NCBI RefSeq assembly: GCF_006345805.1
Contig: NC_043011.1
Location: 6,510,001-6,574,000, forward strand
DNA: 64,000 nt
From: Octopus sinensis
Lineage: Eukaryota
Reading direction: 5' to 3'
Under the pieces are notes generated by a model. The model saw only the letters and a list, made by a program, of their open reading frames with translations. It had not been told where the DNA came from and did no database searches. How positions within the stretch are numbered: position 1 is the first letter of the stretch; each line of letters begins with the position of its first letter. The translations under genes and the position numbers were made by a program. Of this stretch, positions 37,372 through 46,084 are shown one piece after another.

Positions 37372-39013
37372 CTATTGGAGGTTATGTTAGCCACATGAAG
37401 GGATGTTGTCATCCAAGGAAATGCTGGTTCAATACTTAATATTTTTGGGGGAATTGATTTCCTTAAAATAATAGGTATGTATACAGAATCCTGTAGTTTA
37501 TATTCATATAAAGAAAGAAGAAAATGGAGACTGTGAAGTTTAATAAGAGTTTATTATTAACAACAAATCGAACATCATCCCTTACAGCTGTTTCAATTAT
37601 ACACAGTGAACTAATTGAATATTAAGTTCATATTTCTGAGTATAACATCTTCAGAGGGAACAAAAATATACCAATAGATGTTTATATGTTTGTTTATGGA
37701 TTCATTATAACACTCATATAAACATCTTTTGGTATATTTTTGCTCCCTCTGAAGATATGCTTAAAAAAATTAAAAATGAACTTAATATTTAATTAACTCA
37801 CTGTGTATAACCGAAACAGCTGTAAGGAATGACGTTCGATTTGTTAATAAACTCTTATTAACTTCACAGTCTCCATTTTCTTCTTCCTATACATATACAC
37901 ACATATGTTGAAGCTGACAATGGGATCCAATGCAATCCTGTGGCTTGTCAGCTCCTGTCAAATGATCCAACCCATGCCAGCATGGAAAATGGATGTTAAA
38001 TGATGATGATGATATATGGAAGATCTCAGAGGAACTACAAATGGCCACTCCTAAAATGAAGTCAACTATTTGCTCCATACAGTTTAGTTCACTAACTTTA
38101 TTTGGTTCCATATTTTTAGGATAGCAATGTCCTTTTATGGAAGGAATTTCCTTGTTTTATATTCAAAGTTGGTATCTGAACGTCCTGAGATGTGAGGGGG
38201 TTGCAAGTCATTGCCCAGACTGAAGGCAAATACTGCAAAAGGAAGTGAAGAGAGCGGAAGAAAAACGGGAACTCGCCATCAAAGAAAAGCGCCCTTGACA
38301 GAAGAAAAAAAGCCAGTAGCACCAGCAGAGAGCTCCTTCAAATGCAGTTGCTGTATGGGTGACTGCCACTCCCATGTGGGCCTCTGCAGCCACAACAGAT
38401 GCTGCACCACCATCAGCAGCTGATGTGATTTCTTTGGGTGCAAATCCATGGTTTCCCAAGACCGATGGATGTCCACCTGGTATTTGTAATAATAAGCAGG
38501 TGCCAGCATTCTGGACATATTTTGTTAATATTTTACTCCTGTTAATTGTTTATTGATTCCCAAGCAATGTTTATGTTTATTGATTCTGTGGACAGACACT
38601 ATTGGAGTGATTGGCACAATTGAGGTGCCAAAACAATAGTGATATCTGTTTGGCAGCCGATGATGGGAATATATGCTTGATATGCTTATTGCTAGTGAAT
38701 CTTTTATATCTTGGCATCTTCTTATTCTGGGTTGCCCTTCATTCTCATAAGGTTGAACTTGTTCAAGGGTTCAAAGGTTTAGAATGGTTTTGTGGCTTTT
38801 ATTATATTGATACTGCAAGACCATCTTCATTGGGAATCTTATTTTGCTAGGATAATGATGATGGCTTCTAGCTTTGGAAGGTTATGTGACACATATATAT
38901 ATAAATAGAGAGAGAGAGAGAGAGGGTACATGTGTTCTTACAATTTCTCCACGCTACTCAGTCCAATAAACATATTCGCATCAATGTACTTCAGTTTGTT
39001 GTGTGAAATATCT
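11447..39013 (-). CDS. ADGRA3: Adhesion GPCR of subfamily A (GPR124/GPR125-like), 5'-incomplete, 14 coding exons, about 1641 aa
   Basis: Hand-spliced exons all have GT-AG ends and compatible phases, and the total after the first partial codon is 4926 nt (divisible by 3). Family hallmarks: LRR-LRRCT-Ig-HRM-GAIN-7TM order, [64 protein letters not shown] and C-terminal ETSV. Probably the single invertebrate pro-orthologue of ADGRA1/2/3, so the symbol is the closest match, not proven one-to-one orthology. Confidence 0.93.
15521..15960 (+). mobile_element. CR1/L2-group LINE 3' fragment
   Basis: [38 protein letters not shown] is the CR1 ORF2 C-terminus. Stop at 15866-15868, followed by the 3' UTR. 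Confidence 0.9.
16332..16386 (+). promoter_or_regulatory. Putative transposase core promoter: two CCAAT boxes plus TATA box
   Basis: CCAAT at 16332-16336, ATTGG at about 16365-16369, TATAAAAG at 16379-16386, ATG at 16422. Confidence 0.5.
16422..18381 (+). pseudogene. piggyBac (PGBD4-like) transposase pseudogene
   Basis: Motifs [44 protein letters not shown] and KWYKKIF, plus a C-terminal Cys-rich domain. Several stops and frameshifts. The first catalytic Asp appears deleted (ISTES). Confidence 0.92.
19333..19512 (-). CDS. ADGRA3: ADGRA exon (observed 13): proline-rich ICL2 and TM4
   Basis: 180 nt, phase 2-2. Encodes [25 protein letters not shown]. Acceptor ctccacag, donor TA|gtaagt. Confidence 0.94.
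19971..20017 (-). ncRNA. Type I hammerhead-like motif, CCGACGA core
   Basis: AAAACUGU-CCGACGA-ACG(GGAA)CGU-GAAA-CU(CAG)AG-UA^ACAGGUUUU. Confidence 0.7.
20287..20333 (+). ncRNA. Type I hammerhead-like motif, CCGACGA core
   Basis: Same fold with stem II ACA(GGAA)UGU. Predicted cleavage 3' of 20324. Confidence 0.7.
20717..21091 (-). mobile_element. Non-autonomous Helitron
   Basis: Minus strand A|TCTCTCTCTATATAAA 5' end, subterminal GC hairpin remnant, then CTAG|T 3' end. No TSD. Confidence 0.75.
21976..22161 (-). CDS. ADGRA3: ADGRA exon (observed 12): TM2-TM3
   Basis: 186 nt, phase 2-2. Encodes [22 protein letters not shown]...[23 protein letters not shown]. Acceptor cttgtccag, donor gtaaga. 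Confidence 0.93.
22554..22781 (+). mobile_element. SINE family A
   Basis: Near-identical to 877-1107. Further copies at 54266-54490 and 56359-56583. Confidence 0.85.
22904..23124. mobile_element. piggyBac-type MITE, 221 bp
   Basis: TTAA|CCCTTTCGTTACC ... GGTAACAAAAGGG|TTAA. Confidence 0.85.
24746..24864 (-). CDS. ADGRA3: ADGRA exon (observed 11): TM1
   Basis: 119 nt, phase 0-2. Encodes [40 protein letters not shown]. Acceptor ctctacag, donor gtgaga. Confidence 0.9.
25067..26338 (-). mobile_element. Full-length decayed mariner transposon (1272 bp)
   Basis: TA|TTGGGTCATCTCACAAAT and ATTTATGGGATGACCCAA|TA TIRs. Transposase fragments [20 protein letters not shown] and [14 protein letters not shown] run from 26150 to 25138. 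Confidence 0.93.
26809..26912 (-). CDS. ADGRA3: ADGRA exon (observed 10): GPS motif [10 protein letters not shown]...[12 protein letters not shown]
   Basis: 104 nt, phase 1-0, acceptor tttgccag, donor gtgagt. Confidence 0.93.
27146..27387 (-). mobile_element. SINE family A with 14-bp TSD
   Basis: TTTATCAAACTACC at 27132-27145 and 27388-27401. Confidence 0.82.
27499..27606 (-). CDS. ADGRA3: ADGRA exon (observed 9): [15 protein letters not shown]...[10 protein letters not shown]
   Basis: 108 nt, phase 1-1, not in the ORF track. NLSDPV and YWDF are GAIN/GPS motifs. Acceptor catttcag, donor A|gtaagt. Confidence 0.9.
28668..28863 (-). CDS. ADGRA3: ADGRA exon (observed 8): [17 protein letters not shown]...SKIISGSV
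   Basis: 196 nt, phase 0-1, acceptor atttgtag, donor G|gtaagt. Confidence 0.87.
28997..29228 (-). CDS. ADGRA3: ADGRA exon (observed 7): [13 protein letters not shown]...YIESTRK
   Basis: 232 nt, phase 2-0, acceptor cttctgcag, donor AAG|gtacta. Confidence 0.85.
30274..30377 (-). CDS. ADGRA3: ADGRA exon (observed 6): [35 protein letters not shown]
   Basis: 104 nt, phase 0-2. Contains the GAIN helix motif AQ..NxSCSR. Acceptor catttcag, donor AG|gtacct. Confidence 0.88.
30596..30705. repeat. (GA)n microsatellite abutting a splice donor
   Basis: About 110 nt of GA repeat, starting about 6 nt into the intron after exon 30711-30857. Confidence 0.9.
30711..30857 (-). CDS. ADGRA3: ADGRA exon (observed 5): GAIN N-terminal part [11 protein letters not shown]...PYAHKG
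   Basis: 147 nt, phase 0-0, acceptor tttttcag, donor gtaagt. Confidence 0.85.
31065..31200 (+). mobile_element. Possible pogo/Tigger transposase remnant
   Basis: Short peptide [10 protein letters not shown] resembles the pogo QVFNxDETG motif. Highly degraded. Confidence 0.3.
31985..32283 (-). mobile_element. 3' part of the tRNA-headed SINE seen at 4550-4763
   Basis: Shares the GAGTGAGAGAAAGTTGTGG..CTCGTGGAGCTTTAGGTGTTTTCGCTCAATAA segment. Confidence 0.75.
32406..32950 (-). CDS. ADGRA3: ADGRA exon (observed 4): Ig-like domain plus hormone-receptor motif
   Basis: 545 nt, phase 1-0. Encodes [29 protein letters not shown]...GVWECQV...YCSRE...[17 protein letters not shown]. Acceptor tttccag, donor gtaagt. 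Confidence 0.93.
33000..33283 (-). mobile_element. Non-autonomous Helitron
   Basis: A|TCTTTATATATAAA 5' end and CTAG|T 3' end. Confidence 0.75.
34511..34674 (-). CDS. ADGRA3: ADGRA exon (observed 3, downstream copy): LRRCT
   Basis: Second identical 164-nt copy with intact splice sites. Only one copy can be used in frame. Confidence 0.8.
35688..35851 (-). CDS. ADGRA3: ADGRA exon (observed 3, upstream copy): [20 protein letters not shown]...DLHC
   Basis: 164-nt phase 2-1 exon, acceptor ttttctag, donor G|gtaagg. Identical to 34511-34674. Confidence 0.8.
36480..36551 (-). CDS. ADGRA3: ADGRA exon (observed 2): [27 protein letters not shown]
   Basis: 72-nt phase 2-2 exon, acceptor ctgttgcag, donor AT|gtgagt. 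Confidence 0.9.
36705..37320 (+). mobile_element. RTE (BovB-like) LINE 3' fragment
   Basis: [19 protein letters not shown] and the C-terminal [12 protein letters not shown] zinc knuckle. A similar remnant lies at about 38175-38480. Confidence 0.8.
37515..37885. repeat. Foldback element (about 175-bp arms, 26-nt spacer) with hammerhead motifs
   Basis: AAGAAGAAAATGGAGACTGTG... inverted. Motifs at 37578-37659 (-) and 37744-37829 (+). Confidence 0.9.
37578..37659 (-). ncRNA. Type I hammerhead-like motif with extended stem II
   Basis: UCCCU-CUGAAGA-U-GUUAUAC...GUAUAAU-U-GAAAC-AGCU-GUA^AGGGA. Confidence 0.6.
38942..39013 (-). CDS. ADGRA3: ADGRA exon (observed 1): [26 protein letters not shown]
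   Basis: 72-nt phase 2-2 exon, acceptor ctcctttcag, donor TT|gtaaga, matches the LRR consensus. Confidence 0.88.
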
Positions 39014-39413
39014 CTGAAAGGAGAGAAAAAAAGGAATTTGGTTAGAAATTAAAAGACGACACCACCACCATCACCACCACCGGTGGCTACTGAAACATTC
39101 CTGATTGTACACTGCTGCCATAAGGTAGACAAGGCCATCTGACAAGTTAAAGACCATGGATGTAGACACAACTAAAGTACAAGTGATAAAGTACATAAAC
39201 CCTTGTCTATTTGGCAAGCAGATAAAAACATACACATGCATACAACCTCACACAAACACACACACACACATCCCCTACTGATGTCTTATAAACTGGGACC
39301 ATATGCTTTCAGCTCAGTCAGTTCAAACGTAACATGAGCCAACAGGATTAGATTATTCTATGCAATGGAACATATGTTGAGGTTGTAACTCTTTAAGGGC
39401 AACACAAACATAT

Positions 39414-39444
<31 letters not shown>

Positions 39445-39500
39445 TGCATATTCCACACAACACTAGATATTTTATATATATATATACACATATATATATA

Positions 39501-39665
39501 TACTTTATTTAAAGCTAGCAAAAACTGTCCGACGAACAGGAACGTGAAACTCAGAGTAACAGGTTTTGTTGAATTTTCTGCTGCTTTAAATAAAGCATAT
39601 TACTCTACCCCTGGTATTTGAGTACTCTTTTTTCCACCTTGTTTCACATTTATGTGTTCACTCCG

Positions 39666-39666
<1 letters not shown>
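39501..39666 (+). mobile_element. Second insertion of the 19.9-kb element, with hammerhead motif at 39521-39567
   Basis: Short inverted 5' copy TACTTTATTTAAAGC, then the same body. Flanked by (TA)n. Confidence 0.85.
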
Positions 39667-39753
<87 letters not shown>

Positions 39754-39770
39754 GTGTGTGTATATATATA

Positions 39771-39821
<51 letters not shown>

Positions 39822-40050
39822 ATACATATATATGACCTTTTACTTGCTGCTGTCATTGGACTACAGCCATGCAGTGTTTTTTGTTGGCTCCATTACTTTT
39901 CTTCTTTTCAGAACCTAATTCTATCAGTCTTGTTTGCTGAAATGCAAAGTTACAGGGACATACACAATGACACACACACACACACGTACATACATACATA
40001 CACAGACACACACACACATGTACATACACAGACACACACATATACAGCAG

Positions 40051-40382
40051 TAAGAAAATGGAGGGGTTGAAGAGGTGGTATTCATCAACTTTTAGACATT
40101 ATATTATGTCTATTTGAAAAAAAAAAAACAATTTTAAGAATATACATACATGTATAACAGACCATGCTTTACATATATAAATATACCAGTAATTATTAAA
40201 ATATATAATGTTCTGCATTATATATTTTAATAATTACTGGTATTTTTATATATGAAAAGCATGATCTGTTATACATGTATGTATATTGTTTAAATTGTTT
40301 TTTCTTTAAAAATAAATAAATAGACATAATATAATGTCTAAAAGTTGATGAATACCACCTCTTCAACCCCTCCATTTTCTTA
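40051..40382. repeat. Foldback element, about 330 bp
   Basis: TAAGAAAATGGAGGGGTTG... pairs with ...CAACCCCTCCATTTTCTTA, centre TATAATG-ttctg-CATTATA. Confidence 0.9.
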
Positions 40383-40800
40383 TTGTCGTATAAATTAAGG
40401 GTAAAACAACTTTTTACTCTCACTCATTTATTACATTCAGTAGTGTAATTGCCATGCAATGAAAAAACACTTGTGTATTAATAATTGGGTATATTGGATA
40501 GATATTATCCCTTAGTTGGTTGGATTCACAACCTCTAACTCTCTTGGAATATGCGTGTGTGTGTGTGTATATATATATATATATGTAAAAAGCACCCGCA
40601 CGTAAAAAGCACCCACTACACTCACGGAGTGGTTGGCGTTAGGAAGGGCATCCAGCTGTAGAAACATTGCCAAATTAGACTGGAGCCTGGTGCAGCCTTC
40701 TGGCTTCCCAGAACCCCGGTCGAACCGTCCAACCCATGCTAGCATGGAGAACGGACGTTAAACGACGATGATGATGATGATGATATATATATATATATAT

Positions 40801-40999
40801 TCAAAATGTGACCTCGTGTGTACTGTTAGATTTTTTTCCCTCTGTCTTCCCTTCTATGGATCTTTCCTTCTCCTATGTTTCCGACGAAGAGCTCCGCTCG
40901 AAACGTTAAACCCTCCTTCTTTCCTGAGCGTCCAATAATACTATATTTGTTCCACGTCTTCGCGTTGTGTTGTGTTTTTTTGTGCTTTCTTGTTTGGAT

Positions 41000-41005
<6 letters not shown>
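40801..41005 (+). mobile_element. Short element between (TA)n tracts with a minimal hammerhead-like motif (40877-40911)
   Basis: GUUU-CCGACGA-A-GAGC(UCC)GCUC-GAAAC-GUU^AAAC. A related copy lies at 49935-50140 (-). Confidence 0.75.
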
Positions 41006-41029
<24 letters not shown>

Positions 41030-41030
<1 letters not shown>

Positions 41031-41435
41031 TAATCAATATAAGGGTAGCAAAAAATTCAAGGGAAATTTTTTCGCCACCAGCAGTCCAGTGAGAAAGAAA
41101 AAATAGTCAACAGACTATATAATATACATTCAACAATATTAAGGAATGGCCTTGATAGGCCATTCGACTCACTGGAAAGAGCAGCTAAACTCAAACCGCT
41201 AAATAGTTGTAATTCAGAAACCAAAGGAAAATAAAAACATTTACCTTCATCTTTGGACTATGCATAGTTTCGACATACATATTGGCAAACCGATCTAATT
41301 AAATTAAATTAAATCTATTTGCCACTGGCCTGTCTCGTTTGGTTTCTGAATTACAACTATTTAGCGGTTTGAGTTTAGCTGCTCTTTCTAGTGGGTTGAA
41401 TGGCCTATCAAGGCCATTCCTTAATATTGTTGTAT
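41030..41435. mobile_element. Foldback element (arms about 41117-41225 and 41338-41435) with a 5'-truncated hammerhead in the spacer
   Basis: Minus strand 41338-41251 reads ACGA-GACA...UGUC-GAAAC-UAUGCAUA-GUC^CAAAG. Confidence 0.7.
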
Positions 41436-42518
41436 ATATATATATATATATATAACAGGCTTCTTTCAGTTTCTTGCTAAACAGTCATACCTCCTCCACA
41501 TATATATCTGTGTGATTGTGTGTTGTTGTATAGATTAGAGAGATCCAATGATGAATTGACAGATCGGTTTGGTCTGGTTGGGTCACGAAACTCTGGGCAC
41601 TTGAGTCACTCACATAACTCCTCAGTCAATAAAATTACATTTTATAATTCTAATAAAATCACAGAGATATATAATTAAATATCAAATAAATTATATACAT
41701 GATACATAATGAATATATAATTAGCAATTAGGAGTGGCTGTGTGGTAAGTAGCTTGCTTTACCAACCACATGGTTCTGGGTTCAGTCCCACTGCGTGGCA
41801 TCTTGGGCAAGTGTCTTCTATAGGCCCGGGCGACCAATGCCTTGTGAGGGATTTGGTAGACGGAAATGAAAGAAGCCCGTGTATATATGTATATATCATA
41901 TATATAATATATATATCTATATATATATATATATATATATGCGTGTGTGTGGTGTGTGTCTGTGTTTGTCCCCTAGCATTGCTTGACAACCGATGCTGGT
42001 GTGTTTACGTCCCCGTTACTTAGCGGTTCGGCAAAGAGACCAATAGAATAGAGTACTGGGCTTACAAAGAATAATTCCGGGGTCGATCTGCTCAACTAAA
42101 AGTGGTGCTCCAGCATGGCCACAGTCAAATGACTGAAACAAGTAAAAAAAGAAAGAAAAAAAAAAAAAGATAGATTCAGAGGCGTAGCTGGTGGCTGTGT
42201 GGTAAGAAGATTCCTTCCCAAGCAGATGCTTCTGGGTTCAGTCCCACCACTTCGTGACACCTTAGGCAAGTATCTTTACTATAGCCTTGGGTTGACCAAA
42301 CCCTTGTGCCTGTCATAAGTGTGTGTGAGTGTGTTTGTCTCCCACCACAACTTGACAAACCGGTGTTGGTGCGTTTACATCCCTGTAACTTAGTTGATTG
42401 GCAAAAGACATTGACGAAATAAGCAGCAGGCTTTAAAACCAAGTAAGTCCTGGGGTTGATCCATTTAACAAAAGATTCTTCAAGCTGGGGTTCCAGCATG
42501 GCCACAGTCTGCAACTTA

Positions 42519-42560
<42 letters not shown>

Positions 42561-43386
42561 GAGGAGAGAGAGAGAGAGAGTTTCTATTCAGATTGTTTGT
42601 TTTAGTGAAACAGTAACTGAATGAAATGATGGTGTGATGGGTGTACCATAAGAAAGAAAGAAAAAAAAAAGAGAATGAGCTGATGACCCAGTTTCAATTC
42701 CCAGCTGAAGTTATTTCACTTCGATGGTGTTGGGGGTGAGGTAAAGGAACATTCCAGTCAGAGGGTGGAGGGGCAGTACAAGACGAACTCACGAGAATGC
42801 CATGAACATCACATCATCTTATCATCATATTATTTCGGCTCATTTATAAAGCCTGGCGCTTGGCATCTATTTCAGAATTCTGTGTGGGCATCTAAATTTG
42901 CCTTCAAACTTGTGTGTGTGTGTATATGTACGTGTAAGTATATGCATGTGTGTGTGTGTGTGCACACACATACAAATATATACACACACACATCCCTCAA
43001 TATATATATAAATAGCTTACACCACCACAGCTGTTTTTTGATATGTTCCAATGTTGAGAAACCAGAAACTTACCTATTCCGCCTCCCCCCCCATCCCCAA
43101 CCCAACCCAACCCAACAGGAAAACTAGGGAACCAGTTGTTCCAAGCCCCAACAAGCAACCCCAAGCACACACACACACACACACACACTTTACATCTGGT
43201 ACCCACCTCAACAAACTGTCTGGCAAAGCTCAGCGCCAAGACGGGGCTGGGTGGGTGGGTTTACCCTCCTTCCCCCTCCATTCGTACATACGGGGAGGGG
43301 TGGGGGAAGAGGAGGAAGGAGGAGGAGATATTTGCCAGACAACCCACCCTGTCACCATACACATGAAAAAGAATCAGCATTTCATA

Positions 43387-43419
<33 letters not shown>

Positions 43420-43537
43420 ACACACACACGTCTAATGTTGAAGGCCATTTATTTCCTATACCCCTCACACACACACACACACCCCACTAAGACACCCTCA
43501 AAACACCCTTTCAAACATTATCATCTTAAACAAGGTA

Positions 43538-43576
<39 letters not shown>

Positions 43577-43757
43577 AGATGAAGTAGATATTTCTACTGT
43601 CAGGAGAAACAAGGTGAAAGCAACAAATATGAAAAGGGAGGGGGGAGGTAAGGATGGGGGGGGAAGGAGTTGATTCCATTTTGGAACATTTATTTTCACC
43701 AATTTTCAACATTCATCAGCATTTCACGTCTATGATGGGACGTGTGTGTGTGTGTGT

Positions 43758-43798
<41 letters not shown>

Positions 43799-43953
43799 AT
43801 AATGTTTGTAGGTGCAGTCTGGAAAGAAGCTTGCTTCTCAACCACATGGTTCGGAGTTCAGTCCCACTGTGTGGCACCCTGGGCAAGTGTATTCTATAGC
43901 CTCAGGCTAACCAAAGCTTTGAATGTGTGTGTGTGTATACACACACACACACA

Positions 43954-44484
43954 CAAGGGTGAGTCAAAAAGTAATGCCATTTTGTTTAGGACAGGTATAA
44001 TTACCAACACAGGATCATGTATCATACATCAAAATGAAGCTGGTCCTCTGCGGATCACATCCCTACTTCTCAACATAGTCACTGTTTCTCTCAATAGCAA
44101 TGTTCCACCTTCGAATGAGACCATGTATCCCTGTCTCCATAAAATTCTGTCAACTGTTCTTTGAGCCACTTCTTCACTACAGTTTTCACTTCCTCATCAC
44201 TGGAATAATGTTTGCCTGTCAAAACCTCTTTCATGGGGCCGAAGAGATGATAGCCCAGTGACGAGGAAGTGAAACCTGTAGTGAAGAAGTGGCTCAAAGA
44301 ACAGCCAACAGAATTTTATAGGGCAGGGATACATACTCTCATTTGAAGGTGGAACATTGCTATTGAGAGAAGTAGGGATGTGATCCATAGAGGACCAGCT
44401 TCATTTTGATGTATGATACATGATCCTGTGTTGGTAATTATACCTGTCCTAAACAAAATGGCTTTACTTTTTGACTCACCCTCG
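43954..44484. mobile_element. Mariner-derived MITE built from two inverted transposon 3' ends
   Basis: TIR (C)GAGGGTGAGTCAAAAAGT at both ends. Both arms encode mariner C-terminal residues (YHLFGPMKE..HYSSDEEVK..VKKWL). Confidence 0.88.
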
Positions 44485-45029
44485 TATATAGATCTATACA
44501 CACACATATATATGTGTGTGTATATACATATATCTGTGCATGTGTGTCTTTGTTCCCCACCACCACTTGACAACTGGTGTGCTTACCTCCCCATAACTTA
44601 GCAGTTCAACAAAAGGAACCAATAGAAAAAAAAGGGGCCGCAGTCTGATGACTGAAACAAGTAACCCGATATATATAGATAGAATAATAGAAAAGGAAAT
44701 GAATGACATTTTTTGCTTTAAAATCACTACAATTGTTTCGATGCATTTTTACACCTGTAGTACATTCATGAGATGCTGTTTTAATCATTATTATCCATCC
44801 AATGTTTAAAATGCACATCCTCAAGTGATTTTAAAATCTAAGTCCTTTGTGAAGTCCTGTTATTTCACTCAGTGTCAATGGAATTCCTGATGTGTATACA
44901 GTAGCAAGAGTATTTCCACTGCATGATGACATTAGGTAGCCAATAATGGTGGACAAGCTTCGCATCATTCTACAAGGTTTTTAACTGAATCTTACGTTTA
45001 CATATATCTATCGTGAACAGACTCAGAAG

Positions 45030-45237
45030 ATGATAATATTTCAGTTCTTTATTTAAGAGATGAGGAATTATGTACATTATTTACATTTAAAGGGATATTT
45101 CTCCTCATCTTGTTTGTTAACACAATGTTTTTTTGGTTCTTGTTCCTAAGGTATTTTTTGATATTATTATTATTATAATAGGATTAGTAGCCTGCACTCT
45201 TAACCACTACGCCACATGGCCGTGGGCAATTTGGAGT
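45030..45237 (-). mobile_element. Copy of the 6.5-kb tRNA-headed element with the hammerhead core deleted
   Basis: TGGCGTAGTGGTTAAGAG head, AATACCTTAGGAA, then AAACATTGTGTTAACAAACAAGATGAGG tail. Confidence 0.7.
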
Positions 45238-45907
45238 GAATTTTAGGGTTTATAAATCTAAGATTTTCGTATCCTGCCTTGATACCAGTTCCCATATGCT
45301 ATTCATATCTACACTCGGTCTGCTTAGGAGGTTGTTGTGTCCTAGCATATGTGCTGCTTCTTTTAGTTTTTGTATTTTCCAGTGGTGTTCTCTGTCTATT
45401 ATCTTAACTTCGTCCTACAGGGGGAGGTGGTCTTCATTTTTCCATATGATGAGGGCAAATATCCGTCAAATGTAACTAACATAAATGATAATATTTTTTT
45501 AAGGTCACTAATTTTTTTGCAATTGATCAATTGACTTGTTGAGTAAATGGGACAATGAATGCACCTATAATGCATATCAGAAACAGCTGTAAGTCTAGGA
45601 TGCACAAAAAAAGGAAGATGTAAAATCTCATTATTTATGGCTTTTCTTGTGTGTCCCTTTGAGAAAACCAGATTAAGTGGGGAACCATGGATTTACAAAG
45701 TTGATTGGTGATGGACTTCTAACTTGGGGCCTTGCTTTAGGATCACCTGTAGTTCTTTAATCAGCTGATAACCTTTTTGTTAGCCTGGTGTATTTGTATC
45801 AACAGAGAGATTACAAAGGATTTTGTCTGGATTGATAATCCCTTATGAATAATTCTTTTTTCTGATTATATATATATATATATATGCATATGCATATAAA
45901 TATATAT

Positions 45908-45939
<32 letters not shown>

Positions 45940-46084
45940 TTAGCGTCCGTTTTCCATGCTAGCATGGGTTGGACGGTTCAACTGGGGTCTGGGGAGCCCG
46001 AAGGCTGCACCAGGCCAGTCAGATCTGGCAGTGTTTCTACAGCTGGATGCCCTTCCTAACGCCAACCACTCCGAGAGTGTAGTG

